Below the pieces are notes generated by a model. That model was not told where the DNA came from, searched no databases, and worked only from the letters and a program-made list of their open reading frames with translations. Source: an uncultured delta proteobacterium (lineage in GTDB: Bacteria > Desulfobacterota > Binatia > UBA9968). From it: a stretch of 64,000 bases of DNA. The stretch is taken from assembly GCA_963727625.1 (NCBI GenBank), contig CAVSHR010000002.1, forward strand, positions 576,001 through 640,000. Reading direction: 5' to 3'. This document shows positions 47,737 to 57,451 of this stretch, one piece after another; position 1 is the stretch's first letter; every line of letters starts with the position of its first letter. The translations under genes were made by a program, and so were the position numbers.

Positions 47737-47772
47737 GTTTAAGCCGTTCAAGCCGCTCAAAATGTTCAAGTC
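47737..47772. repeat. Tandem 9-bp GTTCAA repeat, 4 degenerate units
   Basis: gtttaagcc gttcaagcc gctcaaaat gttcaagtc, after a stop codon. Confidence 0.75.
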
Positions 47773-47942
47773 GTTGGCGTTGGATTCACCCGACGCAACT
47801 GCCGTCCGGGCGATTTGCGGCGCCCCGCTTCCATGATCCCCTACGATAGGGCGGTGCCCCAGTCAGTGGCGAGTCAGCGGTCCTGCGAGCTGCTCGAAGG
47901 ACCGCAGGGCCGCTGGTTATGAACTTCGATATCGTTGTTTCG

Positions 47943-48943
47943 CTATTTTGCGATCCCGATCTTCTTCATGAAGCCGCTTGCTTCGAGTTCTTTCAACGGG
48001 ACATTGTCGCCGATGTCTTCCGGTTTTAGTTTGGCTGCTTTGGGTTTCGATTCGGAGACATAATCCAAGAGAAACTTGATTCCCTTCAGGTTGACGTAAG
48101 GCACATCGGGAACCGTCGGCACGTTATAATCGTAGGCGACCTTCAGAGCTTCCGGATCTTTGGTGCGGAGATGGCGCTGGATGACCTGCATGGCAAAGGC
48201 GCGATCGGTTTTCATGCGGTGGATTCCTTCGACAAAGCCCTTTAAAAAATTGGTCGCAAGAGCGGGATTTTTTTCGATAAAAGACTTGGTGGTTCCAATG
48301 CCGCTGTGTTGATATTCGAGGCCCACCGTCGAGTAATCGATCAGCGAGTGCAGCCCTGCTTGCTTGGCGCGGTAAGCGAAGGATTGTTCGAGCAGGGTCG
48401 CTTGAATCGCTCCTTGAGTGACCGCGGCCAAGCGCTCCGGGTTGCCGCCAGTCTGAAGGATAATCACGTCTCTGCCGGGCTTCAGGCCGTACTTTTCCAA
48501 GCCCCAGCGCGCCAGGAAATCTGCGGAGCCGCCGAAGCGGGCAATGCCGAGCTTTTGCCCCTTGAGATCTTCGATCTTATTGATGCCTTTGGCGACCACC
48601 AACTCGTAGGGCGCGTGGTTCACGGTGCCCGCGATCATCACCGCGTCGCGGCCGCCGAGATAGGCGTTAATGACTCCCGACGCGGCGATCGTGATAAAGC
48701 TCATTTCCCCGGACAGTAATGCGGAAAGCGCCGTCGATGAGCCGGACATGACGACCGGGACGACGTTTAAACCGTATTTCTTGAAGTAGCCGCCGTCGAC
48801 CGCGGACAATACCGGCGTGTTTGAAGGCGTTACCGAAACCAGTCCAACGTAGATCGTCGGCATACTTTGCGCGCCCAGGTGCGGAACTGCGGCGAGCAGC
48901 CCAAAGAAAAATATCGTGAGAAATAGTTTTTAGCCGAGCTCAT
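47943..48943 (-). CDS. ABC substrate-binding protein (NMT1/SsuA-like) with an apparent frameshift in the signal peptide
   Basis: GYFKKYGLNV and IEDLKGQKLGI. One extra A in the A5 run near 48927..48931 restores MSSAKKLFLTIFFFGLLAAVPHLGA. Confidence 0.85.
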
Positions 48944-49058
48944 AAGGTCAATTCCCCCCGTTTCAATAAAGCTATCTGCATGTAGAAAGGCTACCACGGC
49001 GACAAATTTCGGTCGATAGGGTCAGCGAAAAATTTCGGCCAAGCCATCGCGGCGCCTT

Positions 49059-49905
49059 TTAAGGCCGATTGTCTGGCTGGGAATCGATCAATGTTCGTTT
49101 CAGCCAATCCGTTATGGTGGCTGAAACGCGCTCCTCCGCACCGACGTAAAAGTGGTCGCAATTGGGGATGATCGCGATTTCGCACGGGTCCGGCGCAGTT
49201 TTCTTTGAAGCGTTCCGCCGGATAATTTTCTTTCGGTTCCTGGTCGCCGCGGATAAAAAGTACGGGGCATTTGATCCGCTTGGCGTTCTCAACCAGATCG
49301 GGTGCGTTGGTGAGCCGGTCGAGAAACGTGCGCGCAGAGATCACCCACCACCAGGCGGGGATGAGCATGAGCGTGCGCGGCTTGCCGGCGGCGATCAACG
49401 CCTCCGCTTGTTTGATCTGGGCGGCGGTATCGCCCGCGAGTGAAAAATTTCGCGCCGAGCGGCAATTGTTCATCCGATTGCCGCCGGCGTGAGCCGAGAG
49501 CAAAACAAGCGCGCGAGTCTCCGGGTGGCGCGCCACGTGTTCGCTCGCGAGCACGCCGCCGTTGCTATGGCCTATGACGATCGGGTTATTGAATCCCTTG
49601 CCGGCCAGGTATCTTGCCGCGATTTCATTGTCTTCGATGCCATCAGCGACGGTCTGATAGGCGCCGCCGACGCATTCGCGGCTGTCGCGGGTGCTGACCG
49701 AATCATGGCCGCGGCGATTGAAGGGCATGAAATCGTAACCGAGCGCGGTGACATGCGGCGCGAGAAAGCGCGCAGCGCAAACGTAGAAGTTCATCTGGTT
49801 GCCGTGGCAATACATGGCTGCGCCCTTGCTCGGACCGTCCGGTGTGTAGTAGGCAGCATCTAAGGGATGCGTCGGGGTCGGAATGCTGATTAACTCGGTG
49901 CGCAT
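49059..49905 (-). CDS. Alpha/beta hydrolase with an apparent frameshift near 49186
   Basis: GHSNG nucleophile elbow and IRGDQE; the catalytic-His segment CDHFY lies in the shifted frame. Confidence 0.85.
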
Positions 49906-50010
49906 GGGAATCTCCTGATTAACGTTTCCATGCAAGCTTATCTCTCGATTGCGACCGATTACAATGTTCTCGGTAAGCTTCTGCGCCGGGACCTTTGAAA
50001 GGGTAATATT

Positions 50011-51141
50011 ATGGTCAATCAAAAAATCGCTCCGTTTCGCGCCAATCATGTCGGCAGTCTGTTGCGCCCGCCGGAGCTGCGTCAGGCACGGGAGAAGCGC
50101 GAGAAGGGCGAGATCAGCGCGGCGCAGTTGCGGGAAGTGGAGGATCGCTGCATCCGCGACGCCGTGAAGATGCAAGAAGACGTCGGCATGCAGGGCATCA
50201 CCGACGGGGAGTTTCGCCGAACCCTCTGGCATGCTGATTTTCTGAGCCAGATCGAAGGGGTGAAAGTTGTCGAAGGACTGCTGCCCGACTCGGCCAAACA
50301 TTTTCAAAATCCCGATGCCGACGTGCAGCGCTCGCCGACTCAATTCATCGTCACCGGTCCGCTGCGCCATCCGCGCGGCATCGAAGTCGACAATTTCAAA
50401 TTCCTCGCCTCGGTCACTAAACAGACGGCCAAGCAGTGTATCCCGTCGCCGTCGCTGGTGCATTTTCGGACGGGCCGGGCCGGCGTGGATAAGACGGCGT
50501 ATCCCAATATGAAGGACTTCTTCGCCGACCTGGCGCGAGTTTATCGCAAAGAGATCGCTCAACTTGCCCAGGCGGGCTGTACCTATCTGGAGATCGACGA
50601 TGTGAATTTTGCCTATCTCTGCGATCCCAAGATGCGTGAAGGGGCAAAGAAGATCGGCGAGGACCCGGACAAACTGCCGGCGCTGTATGCCGAGTTGATC
50701 AACGAATGCATCAAGGATCGCCCGGCGAACATGTCGGTATGCACGCACCTCTGCCGCGGTAATTTCCGCAGCTCCTGGGTCGCCGAAGGGGGCTACGATC
50801 CGGTCGCCGAAGTTTTGTTTAACGCTTTGAAGGTCGACGGTTATTTTTTGGAATTCGATACTCCACGCGCGGGAAACTTCGCGCCGCTGCGTTATTTGCC
50901 CAAAGACAAAAAGCTGATTCTGGGGCTGGTCACAACCAAGAGCGGGGAATTGGAAAAGGCCGACGATCTCAAACGGCGCATCGACGAGGCGAGCAAGCTC
51001 GTGCCCTTAGACCAGCTCGGCATCAGCCCGCAGTGTGGTTTTTCGAGCACGGTGTTGGGAAACAAGCTGACCATCGATGATGAAATCGCCAAGTTGAGAT
51101 TGATTGTCGATGTCGCACGCGATGTCTGGGGCTCGGTTTGA
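50011..51141 (+). CDS. Cobalamin-independent methionine synthase catalytic-domain family protein
   Basis: HVGSLLRP, TDGEFRR and the Zn-ligand motifs HLCRGN, LEFD and SPQCGF. Confidence 0.92.
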   Translation: MVNQKIAPFRANHVGSLLRPPELRQAREKREKGEISAAQLREVEDRCIRDAVKMQEDVGMQGITDGEFRRTLWHADFLSQIEGVKVVEGLLPDSAKHFQNPDADVQRSPTQFIVTGPLRHPRGIEVDNFKFLASVTKQTAKQCIPSPSLVHFRTGRAGVDKTAYPNMKDFFADLARVYRKEIAQLAQAGCTYLEIDDVNFAYLCDPKMREGAKKIGEDPDKLPALYAELINECIKDRPANMSVCTHLCRGNFRSSWVAEGGYDPVAEVLFNALKVDGYFLEFDTPRAGNFAPLRYLPKDKKLILGLVTTKSGELEKADDLKRRIDEASKLVPLDQLGISPQCGFSSTVLGNKLTIDDEIAKLRLIVDVARDVWGSV

Positions 51142-51198
51142 TTTGAATGCGGCTGCAGCGCGCTTATCGTCCCGTCATCCAAGGCCAAGGCTGGTAGT

Positions 51199-52260
51199 AT
51201 GGAATATCGCGGCGAGTTTTCGCTAAAGTTCGCGATTCAAACCGCCAGCCACTACACCGTGCCCGAGCTGGTTCGCTTTGCGACGCTCGCGCACGACGAA
51301 GGATTTAAACAGGTCTGGATCAACGACAATCTGGGCCAGCGAAATATTTTTGTCGTACTCGCTGCGATCGCAGCGCAGGTTCCGATCCAACTGGGAACGT
51401 CCATTGTCGTGCCGTATTTCCGCAACCCCGTGGACATCGCCGACAGTTTGGCGGCACTTTCCGAACTAACGGGCGGACGCGAGTTGAGCGTTGGCATCGC
51501 CCGCGGCGAACCTGCCCGCGCGGGATGTCAGATTGAGGTGCGAGAACCCCTGGCGATGGTACGCGAAGCGACGTTGGCGATAAGGGCTTTGACGGCTGGA
51601 GAGACGGTTTCCTTTCGCGATTTTCCGACCTGTGCCGCTTACCATCATATCCGTCCAGAACATCAGTTTCGTTTAGCATTTTCATCTGCTTCGCCGTTGC
51701 GCTTTTATTGCGGCGGGCATGGACCAAAAATACTGCGAGTCGCCGGGGAGATCATGGACGGGGTGTTGTTCGGCGATCACTTCATTCCGCTCGCTCGCGC
51801 CGGCCGCATCGGCTCGTTGTTAGCGATCGCGCGAAGCGCCGCTGGCGCCAAGCGGAAAGTATTGTTTGATGTCTGCGAGCTTGATATTTCAGTCGCGCGC
51901 GACCGCCAGCTCGCGATCGACTTCGCCCGTCCCTTTGCCGCGCAAGTTCTAATGAATTTGGCTTTGATGGGTTTCCCCCATGACAAATTTCATGCCCTCG
52001 GAATAGAGCCCAGCCTGGTACAATCGTTGGCAAATGCTTGTACGAGCCGCGCGACGGTTCACAGAGCATCGAAGCTTCTCCCAGACAGTGCCGTAACGAG
52101 TTGCTTTGTCGCGGGCGGCCCGGAGGAGTGTCGGGATCAATTGGCCGCATTGCTGGACGAAGCCGCGCAGCTCAACATCGGCCAGATCGCTTTTGCCAAG
52201 CTTGGCCCCGATTACAACGAAGCGATTACCCTGCTGCGTCGTGAAGTATTACCGAATTGA
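51199..52260 (+). CDS. LLM-class (Mer-like) flavin/F420-dependent oxidoreductase
   Basis: GFKQVW, LGTSIVVPYFRNP, LSELTGGR and GPKILRVAGEIMDG. Confidence 0.85.
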   Translation: MEYRGEFSLKFAIQTASHYTVPELVRFATLAHDEGFKQVWINDNLGQRNIFVVLAAIAAQVPIQLGTSIVVPYFRNPVDIADSLAALSELTGGRELSVGIARGEPARAGCQIEVREPLAMVREATLAIRALTAGETVSFRDFPTCAAYHHIRPEHQFRLAFSSASPLRFYCGGHGPKILRVAGEIMDGVLFGDHFIPLARAGRIGSLLAIARSAAGAKRKVLFDVCELDISVARDRQLAIDFARPFAAQVLMNLALMGFPHDKFHALGIEPSLVQSLANACTSRATVHRASKLLPDSAVTSCFVAGGPEECRDQLAALLDEAAQLNIGQIAFAKLGPDYNEAITLLRREVLPN

Positions 52261-52274
52261 CCCGCCTCGATAAT

Positions 52275-54098
52275 TTAGTCTTCTCCCAATGATTCGACGA
52301 GCGCCCGAATTGTCCTAAGTTGAAATAGACTGCTTAGGGAAACTATTAGGCCGTGTTTCACCTTGATTCGGCTAACGATCCGAGTCGCGTGCAGCGAATC
52401 CCCGCCAAGGTCAAGGAATGAATCGGTGGCGCCCACCTGATCGATTTCAAGGACTTCGGTCCAGATGGACGCCAGTTGCTGCTCCAACAAAGACCGCGGT
52501 GCAACATAGTCGTTGAGTAACGGCGGACGTTGCCGTCCTGGAGGTGGCAGTCGCTCATAATCAATTTTGAGATCCTTGGTGAGGGGCAGCTCTGCGATGA
52601 GGATAAAGGCCGTTGGAACGAGGTGTCCGGCGATTCTTTCGGACAAGGCTTCGCGCAATTGAGTAACCGTCACAATGCACCCGGCGTCGACAACGACGTA
52701 CGCACAGAGTCGGCGATCGCCAAATTCATCGGTATAATCACGCACGACGGTTTGGGATATTTCAGGCATACGCAACAAGGCTGTTTCAATTTCGCTCGAA
52801 TCGACGAATTCACCGGCAATACGGATGCGATGGTCCACTCTGCCAAGATGCGTCAGGCAGCCATCTGTGCTCAGGCTGCCTAAATCTTTAGTGCGGTAGC
52901 GGCGAACGCCGTCATAGTGTTCGACGAACCGTTCGGCCGATAACGCCGGATTGCGCCAATAACCCGTCGCGAGAAACTTGCTTTCGACTACAACTTCGCC
53001 GACGGACCCGGGCGCCAGCTCGTGTCCTCCATCGTCCGCGATACTTACGATCATATCCGGTACGGGATAGCCGGCCGGCACCGGCTCGCTCGATTCTAGC
53101 TGCGTTCGGTTATCGATGAAGAACTGGCGTACGAGTCCGCACTCTGTAGCACCGAGGCCGTTGACCAAGGTGCAATCATCGTTGAAGTTGGCTTTAAAGT
53201 GCTTGATATCCAGCGATGAGACGCGGTCTCCTTCGAGTCGCACCAGACGAATGGCAGGAAATCTGGTTGCCGGGTCCGATAGTTGCCGGAAGATCGAGGG
53301 CACGGCGTGGAAGACAGTCGCTCGTGAGTCACGCAGCCACTGCGAAATCTCCGGTAAGCTTTCGCTTCGGAGATCGTAAGGTGCGACTGTGGCGCCGTTG
53401 ACTAGCGCGCCGAACAAACTAGACACCGTGCCGCTGAAGCTCGGGTTCTGCACCAGACTCAGGGTGTCACTGGGCGCGAACCTCAGAGTGTTGGTATAGC
53501 GCATGACGTTGTGCAAGACGTTTCGATGCAAGTCCGCCACACCTTTGGGTGCGCCGGTGGACCCTGAGGTGTAAAAGACGTAGGCGCCGCTTTCCGGTGA
53601 CACCGGCTGATCGAGATTTTCGGAAGCGAACTCATCAAGACTTGTAACAGCGGTGATGACAGGAAAGCTGCCCAAGGCGTGATGGATCGAAGCATCGTGA
53701 CGTTCGATGTCCGCAATCAATGCGCAAGGTTCCAAATCTTCGATCATGCGTCGCAGAACGGAATATGGAAGCCGTTGATCCAGAGGCGCATAGGAAAACC
53801 CAGCTTTGAGAATCGCCATGGTCCAGACAATCGACACATAACCCTGGCTCATCAACATTGCGATCGGCCTTGTATCGCCGCGAACGGTGGCCAGCAGCCG
53901 GCGCGCGGCGCGATTGGCCGCAGCGTTGAGCTCGGCGTAGGCGATATCCGCGGATTGCAGCCTGACAGCGGGAGCATTGGGGCGGTGGCGCGCTTGTTGC
54001 TCAAAACGTCGATGGATCGGCTGCTCGCATTCGCCTGCGTCGAATGCCACAAACGTTTCTGGTACGCGCAGACTCTTTCTCGCCGCGAGATCCTTCAT
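52275..54098 (-). CDS. Stand-alone NRPS-like adenylation-thiolation (A-T) didomain protein
   Basis: YTSGSTGAPKG, GATE, YRTKDLG, GRVD..RIAG and the carrier motif LGGDSL. Confidence 0.9.
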   Translation of the reverse strand: MKDLAARKSLRVPETFVAFDAGECEQPIHRRFEQQARHRPNAPAVRLQSADIAYAELNAAANRAARRLLATVRGDTRPIAMLMSQGYVSIVWTMAILKAGFSYAPLDQRLPYSVLRRMIEDLEPCALIADIERHDASIHHALGSFPVITAVTSLDEFASENLDQPVSPESGAYVFYTSGSTGAPKGVADLHRNVLHNVMRYTNTLRFAPSDTLSLVQNPSFSGTVSSLFGALVNGATVAPYDLRSESLPEISQWLRDSRATVFHAVPSIFRQLSDPATRFPAIRLVRLEGDRVSSLDIKHFKANFNDDCTLVNGLGATECGLVRQFFIDNRTQLESSEPVPAGYPVPDMIVSIADDGGHELAPGSVGEVVVESKFLATGYWRNPALSAERFVEHYDGVRRYRTKDLGSLSTDGCLTHLGRVDHRIRIAGEFVDSSEIETALLRMPEISQTVVRDYTDEFGDRRLCAYVVVDAGCIVTVTQLREALSERIAGHLVPTAFILIAELPLTKDLKIDYERLPPPGRQRPPLLNDYVAPRSLLEQQLASIWTEVLEIDQVGATDSFLDLGGDSLHATRIVSRIKVKHGLIVSLSSLFQLRTIRALVESLGED

Positions 54099-54509
54099 GA
54101 TTGACGTCGATGGTTAGGCCGCTTGAAATGACCGCTTAGGAATTTGAACGGGAAATGTTTTTCACCCGTCGTAATGAACGGAAAAACTAGCGCTATCGAT
54201 GGTCCAGCCTCCCTAGACGTCAGCGCCCCGGTAGCCTATTGTAACAACGGAAAGGGCAACTCTGAAACAAATTTCGTTGCGGAAAGTAAGCGAGGGAACA
54301 AACGAAGTCAAACTGAGAATCACTGTAAGGTTTTGGGTGATTATTAAACTAAGAGCCAGAATCCTAGACCGGCTCGTGGACCTCACATGCAGTGTCTGTG
54401 GGGGTATTCGACCTTCGCAACTTTTTCCCATGCAAAGCTATCCTAGTAAGTGTACATCTGTATTCATGAACGCGTATTCTCGGTCCTAGGAGGCCGTAGA
54501 ACGGTGGCA

Positions 54510-55706
54510 ATGACGGAAACCATAGACGCTGCTCACGATTTTTCGGCTATTTCCCTTGAGGAAATAATCGCGCGTCTTGAAGACCGGGCGCTGGTCATTC
54601 TCAACGTCATGCCCAAGGAGACTTACGCAGACGGGCATATTCCTAGTTCCATCAATTTGCCAGTCGCTGAAATCGAAGCGAAGGCGCGGGCGCTGATTTC
54701 CAATCTCGCCCAAGAGATCGCTGTCTATTGCGCCGGGCCGACGTGACCCCTGGGCAAGCAGGCGGTGGGTCTGCTCCAAGGGCTGGGTTACACGAAGCTG
54801 CGCTACTACGTAGGCGGCATGGTGGAGTGGGTCGAACACAACGGCCCCATAGAGCGCACTGCTCCCTCAATCGCGGATAAGCCGGCAGTCGCGGCGCCGC
54901 GCCCCGGCGCCTCGCGCGGTTTTTCGTGGTTGGAGGTCCTTGCGAATTGGCCGCTGGATCGACTCGTCAGCTGCTGGCTCGGTATGATCGTCGTCTTTGG
55001 GTTGATTTACTGGCTTGCCGGAATCGGCATGGCTTCGGGGTTGCAGGCCGGCAACGTCGCCGTGATGCCGGACCTGAACGGCCTGGGCACGGCGATCTAT
55101 TTTAGCTTCGTTACCGCGCTCTCGATCGGCTACGGAGATGTGATTCCCGCCGGCGCGCTGCGCATTCTCGCGGTGATCGAAGGCATCGGCGGTTTGCTGA
55201 TCTTCGGCTGCGTGATTTCCAAGCTGGTTTCGCGCCGCCAGGAGGAATTGACGGAAGAAATCCATCGCACCACCTTCGAGGATCGGCTGGATCGGGTGCG
55301 GACCAATCTCCATTTGGTCTTTTCCGATCTCGGCGCGGTGCAGCAGCTGCAAGCGGAGCAGGGCGCTTTGGCCGGACCGGTGATGCGCCGGCTCGAGAGC
55401 ACCGTGCGGGTGTTTCGCGGCGAACTGCAAACCATCCACGACCTGCTCTACAGAGCACGCATAGAGGCGGACGAGGAAAGCCTGGAATCGCTGCTTGCCA
55501 ATCTAGTCATTTGTCTCCAAAGCCTGGTCGAGATCAATGCATCACGGCCGGCCGGCGACGGCCAAGCCGCGGCCCTCGACGCCGGTCTGCGCGCGGTCGG
55601 CAACTTGGCAAAGGAAATCTGCGGCGAGTGCGTGCCGCGGGTTTATGCGCCGGCGCTGAAGGAGTCGATGGATCAGATCCAAGATCTGGCACGCCGCTTC
55701 GCGTAA
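54510..55706 (+). CDS. Candidate selenoprotein: rhodanese domain (Sec at UGA 54744..54746) fused to a potassium-channel pore domain
   Basis: The two ORFs are in frame across TGA and give VYCAGPT-U-PLG..LGY..YYVGGMVEW, an intact rhodanese pattern. A SECIS-like hairpin follows. Pore motif YFSFVTALSIGYGD. Confidence 0.8.
54747..54782 (+). promoter_or_regulatory. Bacterial SECIS-like stem-loop
   Basis: AGCAGGC [GGTGG] GTCTGCT at 54757..54775. The G-starting loop begins 17 nt after the UGA; lower stem CCCTGG/CCAAGGG. Confidence 0.7.
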
Positions 55707-55780
55707 TGCCTGGCGGCGGCTTGAAGCGGCATGGTGCAGCCGTTATTAAGCATTGAAAACCGATCGATGGGAGGCAGCGT

Positions 55781-56086
55781 ATGAGAACGGCAATATAAAC
55801 ACTTTTACCAATGATTGCCCTGATGTGGATCCTTACCGGCTGTCAGGCGCTCACCGGGCAAACCCTCGGGGAGAACATCGACGACACGACGATCACCACC
55901 ACCGTGAAGGCGAAGCTTGCCGCGGAAAAAGGCTCAACACTAACGCGCATCGGGGTGGATACCAATCGGGGCGTGGTCCAATTGTCGGGCGTGGTGAGAT
56001 CAGCGGCCGACCGCAGTCTCGCCGAGCGGGTCGCGCGCGGCGTCAGCGGGGTCAAAAGCGTGGTCAATAATCTACAAATCCAATAA
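55781..56086 (+). CDS. BON domain lipoprotein (in-frame TAA at codon 6 from the RBS-supported start)
   Basis: Lipobox LTGC; DDTTITTTVKAKL..IGVDT..GVVQLSG..GVKSVVNNL. Confidence 0.85.
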
Positions 56087-56200
56087 CGCTTTGATTTTCC
56101 GAGAAGGTCGCGGCCACGGTAAAAAATTACGCTGGCCGCGACCGCAATGAAAATGACGCCGGCGATAGGCCGGGCCTGCGGGCGACCGGCGCCAGATGCG

Positions 56201-57214
56201 TCATTTGTTGACCGAATCAATAAACCCACTCTTTTCCAACTGCTCGACCAGCGACATGTCGACGAACTGCTCGGGCTTGGGCATCGGCTTTTTATCTTTG
56301 AACTGGTTTTCGATTAGAAACTGAATCGCTTTCAACGATGGCCGCGGGCTTTTCTGCATCGTCGGTGTGTAATCGTGCCAGGTGCCTTCTAAAATCTCGT
56401 CGTCCTTGATCTTGCCGTATTTGGCGAGGACTGTTTTGCTGAATTCCTTGTCGGTGCGATAGCGGTGCATGCCTCGCGTAAATGCGCGCATGAAACGTAG
56501 GGCCATATCGCGATTCTGGCTAATAAACGACCGGGTCGTGATGATTGTGCCATTGATGTCTTCAACGCCGAGGTCGCTGAATTTAACCAGCTCGCGCATG
56601 CCCAGCCTGGCTGCCCTGGGATAGAGAGGGTAGCTCAGGGCGCCAACTTGCACCGAGCCGCTTTGGAGCGCGGCAAAAACTTCCGGTTGAGCGCCCATCG
56701 TCAGCAAGGCGACATCCTTATTGGCTTCGAGATTAAAATGCTTAAGCGCGATGCGCATGACTTGATCCGAGGTGGAGCCGAACGTGGTGATTCCGGCTTT
56801 TTTGCCTCGTAGATCGGACGGCTGTTTAATCTCCGGGCGGGCCATCAGATGAAAGGGCGACACGGTTCCGGTAGAGCCGATAATCACCACGTCGCTGCCG
56901 GCCGCGGTGGCCGCTAGCGCCGCCGAAGCGCCGGCTTGAATGACCGGCGCGCTGCCGCCGAGCATGGCGGCGACCATGCGCGTGCTGCCGCCGACGCGGA
57001 TCAACTCCACGTCGAGTCCTTCGTTGGCGAAATAACCGGCCTCTTTGGCGATCCATGCGGTTGCCCAGGAGCCGGAAAAGCTCGGGTAAAGCAAACGCAT
57101 GGAGGTCATCGCCGACGCCGCAAAAACCTGGACCGGCGCGAGCGCGATGATCAGCGCGAGCAGGATTGGACGCGTAAATATTTTTGCTGGAATGAAATGA
57201 ATTTTTGGGTTCAT
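56201..57214 (-). CDS. ABC transporter substrate-binding protein (NMT1/SsuA-like)
   Basis: Signal peptide; WIAKEAGYFANEGLDVEL and DLRGKKAGIT..GSTSD; AAGGAG RBS. Confidence 0.9.
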   Translation of the reverse strand: MNPKIHFIPAKIFTRPILLALIIALAPVQVFAASAMTSMRLLYPSFSGSWATAWIAKEAGYFANEGLDVELIRVGGSTRMVAAMLGGSAPVIQAGASAALAATAAGSDVVIIGSTGTVSPFHLMARPEIKQPSDLRGKKAGITTFGSTSDQVMRIALKHFNLEANKDVALLTMGAQPEVFAALQSGSVQVGALSYPLYPRAARLGMRELVKFSDLGVEDINGTIITTRSFISQNRDMALRFMRAFTRGMHRYRTDKEFSKTVLAKYGKIKDDEILEGTWHDYTPTMQKSPRPSLKAIQFLIENQFKDKKPMPKPEQFVDMSLVEQLEKSGFIDSVNK

Positions 57215-57451
57215 CAAATACTCCTTATTAGTTAGCTCCGAGTTTCCTTTACTTGATATAGGACTCTCATGCAATTGGCGCCGATGATTTTTGCCACTGC
57301 GAAATCAGCATGGCCTCGTTTTAAAAGCCCGGCAGTGATGACCGCGAAGGCTTTGTGGCTGGGGACCACCATGGCGCTACGCAGACCGAATAGGTTGCTG
57401 GCGTCCGGTGCGATGGCAGTGTAACAATGGCGTTACCCAGGACAGTCTTGC

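Noticed and set aside
48991-50748. 585-aa ORF in the supplied track
   Set aside because: Its first half is the antisense shadow of the MetE-like gene. The real hydrolase starts at 49905 and ends at 49059 after a frameshift.
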